Assembly (NCBI RefSeq): GCF_045037415.1
Contig: NZ_CP173438.1
Length of the DNA stretch: 64,000 nucleotides
Strand: one strand, 5' to 3'
From: Escherichia coli
Lineage (GTDB): Bacteria; Pseudomonadota; Gammaproteobacteria; Enterobacterales; Enterobacteriaceae
Part shown: in pieces, positions 35,510-46,902 of the stretch
How the letters are laid out: each line of letters starts with the position of its first letter
How positions within the stretch are numbered: the first letter of the stretch is position 1
Notes under the pieces: model-generated
The model's input: only the letters and a program-made list of their open reading frames with translations
What the model was told of the DNA's origin: nothing
Database searches by the model: none
Translations under genes and position numbers: made by a program

Positions 35510-36463
35510 ATGATCGAAGTAAAACACCTGAAAACGCTACAAGCGTTGCGGAACTGCGGCTCACTCGCAGCCGCTGCGGCGACGTTGCATCAAACGCAAT
35601 CCGCCCTGTCTCACCAGTTTAGCGATCTGGAACAACGCCTTGGCTTCCGGCTATTTGTGCGTAAAAGCCAGCCGCTTCGCTTTACACCGCAGGGAGAAAT
35701 CCTGTTGCAACTGGCAAATCAGGTGCTGCCGCAAATTAGCCAGGCACTGCAAGCCTGCAATGAACCGCAGCAGACGCGCCTGCGCATTGCCATAGAGTGC
35801 CATAGCTGTATTCAGTGGCTGACGCCCGCATTAGAAAATTTCCATAAGAACTGGCCGCAGGTGGAGATGGATTTTAAATCGGGCGTAACGTTTGATCCGC
35901 AGCCTGCGTTGCAACAGGGCGAGCTGGATCTGGTGATGACGTCCGATATTCTGCCGCGCAGTGGCCTGCATTATTCGCCGATGTTCGACTATGAAGTACG
36001 TCTGGTGTTAGCACCTGACCATCCACTGGCGGCAAAAACGCGTATTACACCGGAAGATCTCGCCAGCGAAACGCTGTTGATTTATCCGGTGCAGCGTAGC
36101 CGACTGGATGTCTGGCGGCATTTTCTTCAGCCAGCAGGCGTCAGCCCGTCACTGAAAAGCGTCGATAACACCTTATTGTTGATTCAGATGGTTGCCGCAC
36201 GGATGGGTATTGCCGCACTACCTCATTGGGTGGTGGAGAGTTTTGAACGCCAGGGTCTGGTGGTCACCAAAACCCTGGGCGAAGGCTTGTGGAGCCGACT
36301 GTACGCCGCCGTGCGCGATGGCGAGCAGCGTCAGCCGATTACAGAAGCGTTTATTCGTTCAGCGCGCAATCACGCCTGCGATCATCTGCCGTTTGTGAAG
36401 AGCGCGGAGCGACCCACTTACGATGCACCCACAGTGAGGCCAGGATCACCAGCGCGCCTGTAA
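35510..36463 (+). CDS. metR: LysR-family regulator of methionine biosynthesis MetR
   Basis: 317 aa, matches MetR. Confidence 0.95.
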   Translation: MIEVKHLKTLQALRNCGSLAAAAATLHQTQSALSHQFSDLEQRLGFRLFVRKSQPLRFTPQGEILLQLANQVLPQISQALQACNEPQQTRLRIAIECHSCIQWLTPALENFHKNWPQVEMDFKSGVTFDPQPALQQGELDLVMTSDILPRSGLHYSPMFDYEVRLVLAPDHPLAAKTRITPEDLASETLLIYPVQRSRLDVWRHFLQPAGVSPSLKSVDNTLLLIQMVAARMGIAALPHWVVESFERQGLVVTKTLGEGLWSRLYAAVRDGEQRQPITEAFIRSARNHACDHLPFVKSAERPTYDAPTVRPGSPARL

Positions 36464-37250
36464 TAAACGTTGGCCAGTGCGGCTGTTGGTGCCAGATAGC
36501 CAGGTTTACCAGCAGCCCTGCCGGAACGTGCATATTATTCATAATGCCCAGCGTTCCGGCGTCCACCTGCGTCGCGCCGTAGTTCCACATAAAGTAGCCA
36601 ATCCCGGAAGCCACCACGCCAAGAAACACCAGAATGCCCCATTGCAACGTGGTTTGCGGCATTTTCTGCGCATTTCCCAGCAAGAACCATGCAATCACTG
36701 CCACCAGGAACGCGCCAAGATAGAACCACGCAAAGGCGTTATGCTGCGGCATCGGGCGAGTTTCCATCAGACGTTTGTAACCCACCATGCCGATGGCAAA
36801 AGTGATATTGGAGAGTTGCACCAGCAACAAGCCAGTCCAGAAATGGTCGGTGACCTGATCATAGCGAATAATCCCGGCACCAATCACCGCCAACAAGGCG
36901 CTAAAAGCATAGCCCCAGCGCAGACGGCGCTTACTCATGATGTCATAAATCAGCGTGATGTAGAGCGGCGTCAGTACGGTGAACAACAGCAGTTCAGAAA
37001 CCGTCAGGTAGAGATAGGCGCGGAAACTCAGCATATACATCACACCGAGCTGCATCGCGCCCACCAGCATATACAGGCCGACCGTTTTCAGGCTATTGCC
37101 ACGGGTACGCAGAAACGGCAGAAAAACAAGTGCCGCCAGACCAACGCGCACCAGCACCGCAAAATAGCTATCGACGTGCCCCGCAAGGTACTCGCCATAA
37201 AAGCTAAAGGAGAAGGCCCACAGAATCGTGGTGATGATAAGTAGCGCCAC
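36351..37250 (-). CDS. yigM: Inner-membrane transporter YigM (EamA/DMT family)
   Basis: 299 aa, 10-TM DMT-family protein matching YigM; 3' end overlaps metR convergently. Confidence 0.85.
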   Translation of the reverse strand: MALLIITTILWAFSFSFYGEYLAGHVDSYFAVLVRVGLAALVFLPFLRTRGNSLKTVGLYMLVGAMQLGVMYMLSFRAYLYLTVSELLLFTVLTPLYITLIYDIMSKRRLRWGYAFSALLAVIGAGIIRYDQVTDHFWTGLLLVQLSNITFAIGMVGYKRLMETRPMPQHNAFAWFYLGAFLVAVIAWFLLGNAQKMPQTTLQWGILVFLGVVASGIGYFMWNYGATQVDAGTLGIMNNMHVPAGLLVNLAIWHQQPHWPTFITGALVILASLWVHRKWVAPRSSQTADDRRRDCALNE

Positions 37251-37325
37251 AATGGAAAACTCTTTGATTAACGAGTATCCATTGTAGCGAAGTATCAGGT
37301 TGACAACTGACCAAATAAAGAACGA

Positions 37326-38126
37326 TTACGATAAATAGAGCTTACGCAGATAATGCGGCACTGCGTCTTCGGCGTTAGTACCAATCACTTCCAGCTCTGG
37401 ATGCAGATCTTTCAGCCGTTGATGCGCGCTGCCCATAATGCAGCCTTTCCCCGCCATCGACAGCATTTCGGCATCGTTCATTCCATCGCCAAAGGCAATA
37501 CAATCTTGCAGGCTGTAACCCAGTTTCTTCGCTACCGCTTCCAGGGCATGGCCTTTTGAAACGCCGCCAGCCATGACTTCCAGGCAGGTTAAGGTAGAGA
37601 AACTGACATTGACGCGATCGCCCCAGCGAGCGTTAATCGCTTGCTCCAGTGGCAGAAGTTTTTCATGGGAATCGCAGGTGAAGAACACTTTGCTGACGCC
37701 TTCCGGCTCCAGCAATCCCGGCTCATACAGCGCATAATTGAACACCGCTTCTTTGAAAAAGCGCATCTCTTCCGGGCGATGGCGATTCATAAACCATTCG
37801 TCGTCGCGATAAACGTTAGTAATGATGTCCGGATTGTCGTTGACTACGCCAAACAGATCGCTGGCAATGTCGCGATCCAGGTTATGAGCAAAAATCAGGT
37901 TGCCATCCAGATCGTGAACGCGCGCGCCATTGGAGGTAATCATGTAAGACTTAATCTCCAGATTATCGCGAATTTGCCCCACATCAACGTGGTGACGACC
38001 GGTCGCAAACACAAAGTTGATGCCGCGCGCGGTGAGCAGCTTCAGAGTTTCTTTGGCGTAAGGGGATAACGTATGGTCGGGAGAAAGTAACGTGCCATCT
38101 AAATCAGACGCAACAACCTGGTACAT
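37326..38126 (-). CDS. yigL: HAD-family (Cof-type) sugar phosphatase YigL
   Basis: Matches YigL from MYQVVASDLDGTLL (266 aa); ORF-track N-terminal extension trimmed. Confidence 0.85.
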   Translation of the reverse strand: MYQVVASDLDGTLLSPDHTLSPYAKETLKLLTARGINFVFATGRHHVDVGQIRDNLEIKSYMITSNGARVHDLDGNLIFAHNLDRDIASDLFGVVNDNPDIITNVYRDDEWFMNRHRPEEMRFFKEAVFNYALYEPGLLEPEGVSKVFFTCDSHEKLLPLEQAINARWGDRVNVSFSTLTCLEVMAGGVSKGHALEAVAKKLGYSLQDCIAFGDGMNDAEMLSMAGKGCIMGSAHQRLKDLHPELEVIGTNAEDAVPHYLRKLYLS

Positions 38127-38133
38127 AAGAAAT

Positions 38134-39156
38134 TTAAACCTCTGTAGAGCGGTTTCCGCTGGGTGAGTTATGCCTGTTGAAAAAATCAACGATAGCGTGG
38201 AGCGCGACTGAGCGCATTGCGTCCTTTTCAAAAAGGATCTCATGGTACGCACCTTTAATTACCAACGGCCGTCCTCCTTCGACAGGATGGCCCGCAGCGG
38301 TGCGTAGTTCACAAAAACGGTCGTGCATGCGGTTATCCACCACGCGTTCCTCTTCAGCTTGTAAGAGAAGCGTTGGCGTGGCGTCATCACCCGCACCGGC
38401 TAACACCTGTTCGCCAGCCAGAATACTTTCGCGTACCCAATGGTAGGTCGGCCCACCGACGCGAATCGTTGGGTCATCAGCATAGAAACGTAAGTTACGT
38501 CGATATCGCTGTCTGCTGTGGGTCAGTACGTTGATAGCAAACGGCAACGCGCGCCAGCGCCCGGTGCCTATTGCATAGCCATCACGGAAACGTGGATGCG
38601 CTTCGGCCCAATTGAGGATCTGCCGTGCCATAAATGACGGCATACGAATCACGATCCCAAACATTGGCGCAGTTAGCGCAATGGCGTCACATACACCTGG
38701 ATGGCGTTGCAGAAATAATGTGGAGATCGCACCGCCCATCGAATGTGCCAGTATATAGCGTTTACGCCACGGACCGGGCTGAACCTCCTGTTGCCAGAAT
38801 GCCGCCAGATCATCAACATAATCATTAAAGCGATTAACATGCCCGAGATGTGGATCGGCTAACAGGCGACCGGAACGTCCCTGCCCGCGATGGTCGATGA
38901 TTAAAACATCAAACCCCGAATGGAACAGGTCGTAGGCCAGTTCCGCATATTTTACGTAGCTCTCAATACGCCCCGGGCAGATAACTACCACCCGGTCATG
39001 GTGCTGTGCGCGAAAACGGACAAAGCGAACCGGAATGTCATCCACACCAGTAAACTCTGCTTCATCACGCTGACGCCAGAAATCAGTCAGCGGTCCCATG
39101 GTAAAAGCAGCAAACGCGTTTTCTCTTGTTTCCCAGTCTTTTTGCTGCTGAAACAT
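38134..39156 (-). CDS. pldB: Lysophospholipase L2
   Basis: 340 aa alpha/beta hydrolase with HSMGG nucleophile motif, matches PldB. Confidence 0.9.
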   Translation of the reverse strand: MFQQQKDWETRENAFAAFTMGPLTDFWRQRDEAEFTGVDDIPVRFVRFRAQHHDRVVVICPGRIESYVKYAELAYDLFHSGFDVLIIDHRGQGRSGRLLADPHLGHVNRFNDYVDDLAAFWQQEVQPGPWRKRYILAHSMGGAISTLFLQRHPGVCDAIALTAPMFGIVIRMPSFMARQILNWAEAHPRFRDGYAIGTGRWRALPFAINVLTHSRQRYRRNLRFYADDPTIRVGGPTYHWVRESILAGEQVLAGAGDDATPTLLLQAEEERVVDNRMHDRFCELRTAAGHPVEGGRPLVIKGAYHEILFEKDAMRSVALHAIVDFFNRHNSPSGNRSTEV

Positions 39157-39266
39157 CGGGTAATCTGCCTCTTAAACCACGTAAAATCGTTTTTTTAAGC
39201 GTGCCTGACACAACGCTGCGACAGTAGCGTATTGTGGCACAAAAATAGACACACCGGGAGTTCATC

Positions 39267-39887
39267 ATGACCTTAGAATGGTGGTTTGCCTACCTGCTGA
39301 CATCGATCATTTTAAGCCTGTCGCCAGGCTCTGGCGCAATCAACACCATGACCACCTCGCTCAACCACGGTTATCGCGGCGCGGTGGCGTCTATTGCTGG
39401 GCTTCAGACCGGACTGGCGATTCATATTGTGCTGGTTGGCGTGGGGTTGGGGACGCTATTTTCCCGCTCAGTGATTGCGTTTGAAGTGTTGAAGTGGGCA
39501 GGCGCAGCTTACTTGATTTGGCTTGGGATCCAGCAGTGGCGCGCCGCTGGCGCAATTGATCTTAAATCGCTGGCCTCTACTCAATCGCGTCGACATTTGT
39601 TCCAGCGCGCAGTTTTTGTCAATCTCACCAATCCCAAAAGTATTGTGTTTCTGGCGGCGCTATTTCCGCAATTCATCATGCCGCAACAGCCGCAGCTGAT
39701 GCAGTATATCGTGCTCGGCGTCACCACTATTGTGGTCGATATTATTGTGATGATCGGTTACGCCACCCTTGCTCAACGGATTGCTCTATGGATTAAAGGA
39801 CCAAAGCAGATGAAGGCGCTGAATAAGATTTTCGGCTCGTTATTTATGCTGGTGGGAGCGCTGTTAGCATCGGCGAGGCATGCTTAA
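39267..39887 (+). CDS. rhtB: Homoserine/homoserine-lactone efflux protein (LysE/RhtB family)
   Basis: 206 aa, matches RhtB. Confidence 0.9.
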
Positions 39888-40045
39888 AACTGGAATAAAG
39901 CTCACGTAAATTAATGTGCCTCGAGAGATTGTTACATCCGCGCTCGAGGCATCTCGTAATAAGCGTAATCTGTTAATTTATTTACTATTTACTTCTCTTT
40001 GTTAGTGCCAGAATGCCGCCATATTTCACCCACGGATGATGAAAA

Positions 40046-40906
40046 ATGACGGAAGCAACGACACCACATGACGCAATCTTTAAGGCTTTTTTATCCCGAC
40101 CAGAAACGGCCCGTGACTTTATTGAAATTCATCTGCCGCCTTCTTTAGTTAAACTCTGCAATCTTGATACGCTCCATCTCGAGTCCAGCAGTTTTGTAGA
40201 GGAAAACCTACGCCAGTATTACAACGACGTACTTTATTCAGTAGAGACGACGAAAGGGTGCGGATATATCTATGTGTTGATTGAGCATCAAAGTTCACCT
40301 GATGAAAATATGGCGTTCCGTATGCTTCGCTATGCTATTGCCACCATGCAGCGGCATCTTGAAGCGGGACATGATTATCTGCCTCTGGTGATCCCCATTC
40401 TTTTTTACCAGGGAAAGCGTAGCCCATATCCATGGTCAACAAACTGGCTCGATGGTTTTCCGGATCCGGACATTGCACGCGATCTCTATTTTCATGCTTT
40501 TCCGCTGGTTGATATTACGCTAATTCCTGATGACGAAATCATGCAACACCGCAGCATGGCCGCCTTTACGCTGGTACAGAAGCATATCCGTCAACGGGAT
40601 ATGACAACGCTGTTAGATAAGTTATCCCGCTTAATGATTCTGGGGCAGATGAGCGGACAGCAAATACGCATGTTGATAAACTACATGGCGCTGGTAGGTG
40701 AAGCACAGGATGTACGAACATTAGTACATGGTCTGGCACAACGAGTGCCTCAACAAGGAGAGGAACTGATGACTTTAGCGGAAGAACTTCGGCGCGATGC
40801 CCTTCTCAATGTCGCAAAAGCCATGCTACAGCGTGGCTTTGATTTGCAGTTGATTATGGAAATGACCGGGCTTTCTCAGGAAGACCTTTATCAATTGCAA
40901 TCCTGA
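40046..40906 (+). CDS. Rpn-family recombination-promoting nuclease (YhgA-like, PD-(D/E)XK)
   Basis: 286 aa; N-terminus MTEATTPHDAIFKAFL and the D...VLIEHQS nuclease core are characteristic of Rpn/YhgA proteins. Confidence 0.75.
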   Translation: MTEATTPHDAIFKAFLSRPETARDFIEIHLPPSLVKLCNLDTLHLESSSFVEENLRQYYNDVLYSVETTKGCGYIYVLIEHQSSPDENMAFRMLRYAIATMQRHLEAGHDYLPLVIPILFYQGKRSPYPWSTNWLDGFPDPDIARDLYFHAFPLVDITLIPDDEIMQHRSMAAFTLVQKHIRQRDMTTLLDKLSRLMILGQMSGQQIRMLINYMALVGEAQDVRTLVHGLAQRVPQQGEELMTLAEELRRDALLNVAKAMLQRGFDLQLIMEMTGLSQEDLYQLQS

Positions 40907-40909
40907 TGT

Positions 40910-40940
40910 TATTCCCCCTGATAGCGTATCAGGGGGGAAG
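40910..40940. terminator. Hairpin between convergent rpn-like and rhtC genes
   Basis: ttccccctgata-gcg-tatcaggggggaa inverted repeat directly after the rpn stop and before the rhtC stop. Confidence 0.4.
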
Positions 40941-40943
40941 CGC

Positions 40944-41564
40944 TTAACGCGAAATAATCAAATGAATGCCAAATCCGGCAAATAACGCCCCGGCAAAACC
41001 ATCAATCCACTTCGCCAGACGTTGATAACCACAGCGCATTTGCGGCAGAGCAAACAGGCTGGCAACGACGGTAAACCACGCCAGTGTTTCGACAATAATC
41101 AACGCGAAAATGCCCCAGCGTTCGGTGGTGCCGACATTATCACCGACAAACAGCGAGAACACCGAACCAAAGTAGATAATCGCTTTAGGATTCGCGAGAT
41201 TGGTCAGTAAGCCCTTAAGAAAACTGCGCCCGCTTTTCGCCAGTTCGACTTGTGGCGCAGGGGCAGAAACAACCTCTTTTTTCAGTGCACCACGTAGCAT
41301 CTGGTAACCCATCCAGCAGAGATACAGGCCACCGCCCACCATAATCAGCGTATGCAGCCAGGCCATTTTTTCGATAATCAAATGTAGGCCAAGCAACGCA
41401 ATCCCAGCCCAAACCATTACGCCGCAGGTAATGCCCAGCACGCCCATCATCGCTTCTTTACGGGAACGACTAACAGCGGTCTGAGATACAAAAAAGAAAT
41501 CGGGACCGGGGCTCATAAGCGCCACAATGTGCACCATGGCGACGGTGAGGAATAACATCAACAT
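40944..41564 (-). CDS. rhtC: Threonine efflux protein (LysE/RhtB family)
   Basis: 206 aa, matches RhtC. Confidence 0.9.
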   Translation of the reverse strand: MLMLFLTVAMVHIVALMSPGPDFFFVSQTAVSRSRKEAMMGVLGITCGVMVWAGIALLGLHLIIEKMAWLHTLIMVGGGLYLCWMGYQMLRGALKKEVVSAPAPQVELAKSGRSFLKGLLTNLANPKAIIYFGSVFSLFVGDNVGTTERWGIFALIIVETLAWFTVVASLFALPQMRCGYQRLAKWIDGFAGALFAGFGIHLIISR

Positions 41565-41628
41565 ACATTAGACTCGCGGGGGGAAACGTTTACGGAGTCT
41601 TCATCCTGGCACTTTTTTATGCTGCTGA

Positions 41629-43458
41629 CTACTCTTCGTCGTCACCATCGACATGCGCACGAATCAGCGCCATAAACGGTTTGCCAAAGCGTTCCAGCTT
41701 GCGCATACCAACGCCGTTAACGCTGAGCATTTCGCTGGCGGTGATCGGCATCTGTTCAGCCATCTCAATCAAGGTAGCGTCGTTAAACACCACGTACGGC
41801 GGGACATTGCTTTCATCGGCAATCGATTTACGCAGTTTGCGTAATTTGGCGAACAGTTTGCGATCATAGTTGCCGCCGAACGATTTCTGCATCGCTTTCG
41901 GTTTGAGCGCCACGATACGCGGCACGGCAAGTTGCAAAGAGGATTCGCCGCGCAGCACCGGACGCGCAGCCTCTGTCAGTTGTAGGGCAGAATGCTGGGC
42001 AATATTTTGCGTCACCAGGCCGAGGTGAATCAGCTGGCGGATCACGCTCACCCAATGTTCATGGCTTTTATCACGGCCCATGCCATAGACTTTCAGTTTG
42101 TCATGACCATAGTCGCGGATACGCTGATTATTAGCACCGCGAATCACTTCCACCACATAACCCATCCCAAACCGCTGATTCACACGACCAATGGTGGAAA
42201 GGGCAATCTGCGCATCGGTTGAACCATCGTACTGTTTTGGCGGATCGAGGCAGATATCGCAGTTCCCGCACGGCTCCTGACGCCCTTCGCCAAAATAGTT
42301 CAGCAATACCAAACGACGGCAAGTTTGCGCTTCAGCAAACGCGCCCATCGCATTGAGTTTATGACGTTCGATATCCTGCAACTGCCCCTGCGGCTTCTCT
42401 TCCAGACAACGGCGCAGCCACGCCATATCAGCCGGATCGTAAAACAGCATCGCTTCCGCGGGCAGGCCATCACGCCCGGCGCGTCCAGTTTCCTGATAAT
42501 AGGATTCGATATTGCGCGGAATATCAAAATGCACCACGAAGCGAACGTTAGGCTTGTTGATGCCCATGCCGAACGCCACCGTCGCCACCACAATTTGCAG
42601 GTCATCGCGCTGGAATTTTTCCTGCACATCAGCGCGAACATTATTTTCCAGCCCGGCATGATAGGCCGCCGCGCTAATTCCCTTGCTTTGCAGGCGCGCA
42701 GCGGTGTCTTCTACTTTCGCACGACTATTACAGTAAATAATCCCCGACTTACCGCGTTGTTCCTGTACATAACGCATCAACTGATCGAGCGGTTTGAATT
42801 TCTCCATCAGCATGTAGCGAATATTCGGACGGTCAAAACTGCTGATTTGAATCAGCGGATCGTTCAGCCCCAGCAGGCGCACGATATCCTGGCGCGTGGT
42901 GTCATCGGCTGTGGCAGTCAGCGCCATAAACGGCAGCGTCGGAAAACGCTGACGCAGCTGACCGAGGGCAGCGTATTCCGGGCGGAAATCGTGACCCCAT
43001 TGGGAGATACAGTGCGCCTCATCAACGGCTAATAACACCGGATTCCAGTGCGCCAGATGCTCAAGAAAGTTATCCAGCATCAGGCGTTCCGGCGCGATAT
43101 AAAGCAGGCTGATTTGCCCGGTGCGACAGCCTGTCATCACTTCAAGTTGCTGCTCGCGGGTTTGCGTCGAGTTAAGGCACGCCGCCGCCACGCCGTTGGC
43201 TTGCAGTTGATCTACCTGATCTTTCATCAACGAAATCAGCGGTGAGACAACCACGGTAAGGCCGTTTAGCAATAAGGCAGGGATTTGATAGCAAAGGGAT
43301 TTTCCGCCACCAGTGGGCATGACGACCAGGCAATCGCGACCGGAAAGTACGGTGTCGATAATCTCTTCCTGGCCGGGGCGAAACTGTTGGTAGCCAAAGG
43401 TTTCTTGTAAAACCTGTTTAGCTCCGGACTCCAGATTCAACACTTCCGCCTGCGCCAC
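41629..43458 (-). CDS. recQ: ATP-dependent DNA helicase RecQ
   Basis: 609 aa from the GTG at 43458 (the ORF track starts 2 codons upstream); DEAH helicase, RQC and HRDC regions match RecQ. Confidence 0.9.
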   Translation of the reverse strand: MAQAEVLNLESGAKQVLQETFGYQQFRPGQEEIIDTVLSGRDCLVVMPTGGGKSLCYQIPALLLNGLTVVVSPLISLMKDQVDQLQANGVAAACLNSTQTREQQLEVMTGCRTGQISLLYIAPERLMLDNFLEHLAHWNPVLLAVDEAHCISQWGHDFRPEYAALGQLRQRFPTLPFMALTATADDTTRQDIVRLLGLNDPLIQISSFDRPNIRYMLMEKFKPLDQLMRYVQEQRGKSGIIYCNSRAKVEDTAARLQSKGISAAAYHAGLENNVRADVQEKFQRDDLQIVVATVAFGMGINKPNVRFVVHFDIPRNIESYYQETGRAGRDGLPAEAMLFYDPADMAWLRRCLEEKPQGQLQDIERHKLNAMGAFAEAQTCRRLVLLNYFGEGRQEPCGNCDICLDPPKQYDGSTDAQIALSTIGRVNQRFGMGYVVEVIRGANNQRIRDYGHDKLKVYGMGRDKSHEHWVSVIRQLIHLGLVTQNIAQHSALQLTEAARPVLRGESSLQLAVPRIVALKPKAMQKSFGGNYDRKLFAKLRKLRKSIADESNVPPYVVFNDATLIEMAEQMPITASEMLSVNGVGMRKLERFGKPFMALIRAHVDGDDEE

Positions 43459-43477
43459 ATTCACCCCGATTGCCTGA

Positions 43478-43507
43478 AATAAAAACAGGCGCTATTTTCA
43501 GCGCCTG
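43478..43507 (-). terminator. Rho-independent terminator downstream of pldA
   Basis: On the minus strand: caggcgct-gaaaat-agcgcctg followed by tttttattt. Confidence 0.6.
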
Positions 43508-43582
43508 CGCGAGAAACTGCAATGCTTTTAGTCTCTGAGAGGGTAATCCTGGATGCTGGATTCCAGATTTGCCAACCATTCA

Positions 43583-44452
43583 TCAAAACAGGTCGTTTAG
43601 CATAACTCCCACACCAACGCGGGTCTGGTTGAAGTTATAGTCGATGAGCGATTCGCCGTAACCGCTGTAAACCTGAGTATAAAGGCGCACATGTTTGGTG
43701 ATCGGGTAGCTTAAGCCTAACTCCGCGCCGCCGTAACCGGTGTTCCAGTTGTACTGCCCTTTCGCGCTCAGTACCGCATCACCGAGGTGATAGCCGATTT
43801 TAAGCTGGTAGTAACCCATATATTTGGTGATGTCCGGGTTATCGTCCGTATTCCCCACCACATACCACGGCTTCACCTCTACCAACCAGTTACCGTTTTC
43901 TGCCATCAGGCGGGTATAAAGGCGGTTCCAGCTGCGGGAAGTCGGGTCTGAACGCCCGTTTGAGTCGTGGTTGTAGCCCATTTCCACATCGCGCAGCGTC
44001 CAGCCAGCAAAGTTGTAATCCGTGGCAAAACCGAGGAACAATTGCGGTTCGTAGTTAGTTTCACGAAACGGTGATGACTCATCGCTATTAGAAAGCTGCC
44101 ACCAGGATTTCTGTGTGTAGGAGGCGCCCAGTACAGAGTTTGGCCCCAAAATCCCACGCCACAGCGGAAACGCCAGGCTCAACTGGAACTTTACTTCATC
44201 CTTACGCGCGTTTTCCGCCCAGTCGTAACTGGCAATCGCTTCTTTATTCAGATCGCTGGTTTGGGTGTAGATGATGTAGTTGGTGTCATAAGGATAAAGG
44301 GTGAACGGATTGTCATGCTCCTGCAGCATATTGGCGATAATACTGCCACGCACCGCTGGCGCGTCATGCACCTCTTTCACCGTTGCCTCTTGTGCATATA
44401 CTGCCATAGGCAACATAAACACCGGCAACAACCAGCCCTGCAGAGTCCGCAT
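43583..44452 (-). CDS. pldA: Outer-membrane phospholipase A
   Basis: 289 aa with signal peptide, matches PldA. Confidence 0.95.
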   Translation of the reverse strand: MRTLQGWLLPVFMLPMAVYAQEATVKEVHDAPAVRGSIIANMLQEHDNPFTLYPYDTNYIIYTQTSDLNKEAIASYDWAENARKDEVKFQLSLAFPLWRGILGPNSVLGASYTQKSWWQLSNSDESSPFRETNYEPQLFLGFATDYNFAGWTLRDVEMGYNHDSNGRSDPTSRSWNRLYTRLMAENGNWLVEVKPWYVVGNTDDNPDITKYMGYYQLKIGYHLGDAVLSAKGQYNWNTGYGGAELGLSYPITKHVRLYTQVYSGYGESLIDYNFNQTRVGVGVMLNDLF

Positions 44453-44616
44453 CGCTCGTGTTCTCCGTAACGAATTATTGATAAGGTGAATATTTTTCTG
44501 CGGGCTATTTTACATACTTAACTCCATAGCCGTTAGTTATCCCTTCCTAAAGTAGAAACCAACAATAAATAAGCATAAAATCAACATTTCATTAACTAAT
44601 GAAGTGTAAGGATGTT

Positions 44617-45084
44617 ATGTCTGCCGTACTGACCGCTGAACAAGCCCTCAAATTAGTGGGTGAGATGTTTGTTTATCACATGCCATTTAACCGCGCATTG
44701 GGGATGGAACTGGAGCGTTACGAAAAAGAGTTCGCACAGCTGGCCTTTAAAAATCAGCCGATGATGGTGGGCAACTGGGCGCAAAGCATTTTACACGGCG
44801 GGGTCATTGCGTCGGCGCTGGATGTCGCCGCAGGTCTGGTGTGCGTGGGAAGTACCTTAACCCGCCACGAAACCATCAGTGAAGATGAACTACGCCAGCG
44901 GCTATCGCGGATGGGGACCATTGATCTTCGCGTCGATTATCTGCGCCCAGGCAGAGGAGAGCGTTTTACTGCTACCAGTAGCCTGTTGCGTGCAGGCAAT
45001 AAAGTCGCCGTCGCCCGCGTTGAATTACACAATGAAGAACAGCTTTATATTGCCAGTGCCACCGCCACCTATATGGTAGGTTGA
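44617..45084 (+). CDS. yigI: Hotdog-fold acyl-CoA thioesterase YigI
   Basis: Matches YigI from [14 protein letters not shown] (155 aa). Confidence 0.85.
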   Translation: MSAVLTAEQALKLVGEMFVYHMPFNRALGMELERYEKEFAQLAFKNQPMMVGNWAQSILHGGVIASALDVAAGLVCVGSTLTRHETISEDELRQRLSRMGTIDLRVDYLRPGRGERFTATSSLLRAGNKVAVARVELHNEEQLYIASATATYMVG

Positions 45085-45135
45085 AGACATAAAAGCAGGT
45101 AAACTGCTGTTACCAATTAAAAATGAGTATTCCCG

Positions 45136-46026
45136 ATGGATGCAAAACAAACGCGGCAGGGCGTATTACTCGCTCTTGCCGCTTATTTTATTTGGGGTAT
45201 TGCGCCAGCGTACTTCAAACTGATTTACTACGTGCCCGCCGATGAGATCCTGACGCATCGCGTGATCTGGTCGTTTTTCTTTATGGTGGTGCTGATGAGC
45301 ATTTGCCGCCAGTGGTCCTATTTAAAAACGCTGATTCAGACGCCACAGAAAATTTTTATGCTGGCAGTCTCTGCCGTGCTGATTGGTGGCAACTGGCTAC
45401 TGTTTATCTGGGCGGTGAACAATCACCATATGCTGGAAGCGAGCCTTGGTTACTTTATTAACCCACTGGTGAACATTGTGCTGGGGATGATTTTCCTCGG
45501 CGAGCGATTCCGCCGGATGCAATGGCTGGCGGTGATTCTGGCGATTTGTGGCGTGTTGGTTCAGTTGTGGACTTTTGGTTCACTGCCGATCATCGCGCTG
45601 GGGCTGGCGTTTAGTTTTGCTTTCTACGGCCTGGTGCGCAAGAAGATTGCTGTTGAAGCGCAAACCGGCATGTTAATCGAAACTATGTGGTTGCTGCCCG
45701 TGGCGGCGATTTACCTGTTTGCTATTGCCGACAGCTCAACCAGTCATATGGGGCAAAACCCGATGTCGCTGAATTTACTGCTGATCGCCGCCGGTATTGT
45801 CACCACCGTGCCACTGTTGTGTTTTACTGCAGCTGCGACACGCCTGCGTCTCTCAACGTTAGGCTTTTTCCAGTACATTGGTCCGACGCTGATGTTCCTG
45901 CTGGCTGTGACGTTTTATGGTGAAAAACCGGGTGCCGATAAGATGGTGACTTTCGCCTTTATTTGGGTGGCGCTGGCAATTTTTGTGATGGATGCGATTT
46001 ATACGCAGCGTAGAATTTCCAAATAA
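45136..46026 (+). CDS. rarD: EamA/DMT-family transporter RarD
   Basis: 296 aa, 10-TM, matches RarD. Confidence 0.9.
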   Translation: MDAKQTRQGVLLALAAYFIWGIAPAYFKLIYYVPADEILTHRVIWSFFFMVVLMSICRQWSYLKTLIQTPQKIFMLAVSAVLIGGNWLLFIWAVNNHHMLEASLGYFINPLVNIVLGMIFLGERFRRMQWLAVILAICGVLVQLWTFGSLPIIALGLAFSFAFYGLVRKKIAVEAQTGMLIETMWLLPVAAIYLFAIADSSTSHMGQNPMSLNLLLIAAGIVTTVPLLCFTAAATRLRLSTLGFFQYIGPTLMFLLAVTFYGEKPGADKMVTFAFIWVALAIFVMDAIYTQRRISK

Positions 46027-46120
46027 AAAATAAATATATTCTGAAAAAATATGCCTGCTCTTGCATAAGAGCGGGAATATTGCCATGCTAACGAAATTCT
46101 TACACAAGGATGTAAAATTA

Positions 46121-46501
46121 ATGTTGCGTATATTTATTCCAACATCTAAAGGCAGAATTTCCAGACGCCGCTATATATTTTCATTTATTTTTACAAATCT
46201 AATTTGTATCTTACTTATTTCTTTTTTTTCCAATGCCGGGGCTGGTTTCTTTGTTATAACATCTACCATTCTTTTACATTATCTCGTTATCAACATGAAT
46301 TGCCAACGACTCCGGGATAGTGGTTTTACTTATATAAAAACTTATATTTTTAGTACATTAGTAGTCTATATCATTTCTTTCATCATCATGGTTGCTGAGC
46401 ATTTTGACTGTTCTGGCAATGGTTCGATGATTTTTTTGATTTGTTATTTTTCCACCTTTGGCATGTTAGTTCTTGCCCCCACTGATTCCCCCCGTAAATA
46501 A
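46121..46501 (+). CDS. yigG: DUF805-like inner-membrane protein (YigG)
   Basis: AT-rich ORF; start chosen at [18 protein letters not shown] to give 126 aa (the ORF track starts 20 codons earlier). Confidence 0.55.
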   Translation: MLRIFIPTSKGRISRRRYIFSFIFTNLICILLISFFSNAGAGFFVITSTILLHYLVINMNCQRLRDSGFTYIKTYIFSTLVVYIISFIIMVAEHFDCSGNGSMIFLICYFSTFGMLVLAPTDSPRK

Positions 46502-46515
46502 TTAATGGAGATTTT

Positions 46516-46896
46516 ATGAGTAAGGATTATATGGCAGATGGCTCATTAACTGAAAAGTGGAAGTACCGCTTTTCGTTTTATGATGAACATGGCTTCCCTG
46601 GATTTTGGGGTGCAAGCCCAGAATATAAACAAGCATTAAAAGGATTAAACACAAGGCAAAAGATAATAATTAGAACAAATGTTATTGCTTTTTTCTTCTC
46701 GTGGGTCTATTTATTTGTATTGGGTTTATGGAAGAAGGCTATTGTTGTTCTATTCCTGGCGATATTTTCTTTAATTTTTGGTTACATGATTGGCTATAAT
46801 GTATTTGGATTCATTATCGCCGCTTATGTTTCATACAATACCAACAGATGGTTCTATGAAAAAGAAGTAAAAGGTATTCATACCTGGAGCCTTTAA
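46516..46896 (+). CDS. yigF: Small inner-membrane protein YigF
   Basis: 126 aa, 2 TM helices, RBS gga-g upstream; position as in K-12. Confidence 0.55.
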   Translation: MSKDYMADGSLTEKWKYRFSFYDEHGFPGFWGASPEYKQALKGLNTRQKIIIRTNVIAFFFSWVYLFVLGLWKKAIVVLFLAIFSLIFGYMIGYNVFGFIIAAYVSYNTNRWFYEKEVKGIHTWSL

Positions 46897-46902
46897 ATAA
46901 TC

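Noticed and set aside
43465-43520. LexA box for recQ near ctgaaataaaaacag
   Set aside because: The spacing is CTG-N9-CAG rather than CTGT-N8-ACAG, and the sequence coincides with the pldA terminator. Not convincing enough to call.
46030-46900. AT-rich yigG-yigF segment as a recent horizontal insertion
   Set aside because: Although compositionally atypical, both genes are at their K-12 positions between rarD and corA, so this is conserved core content.
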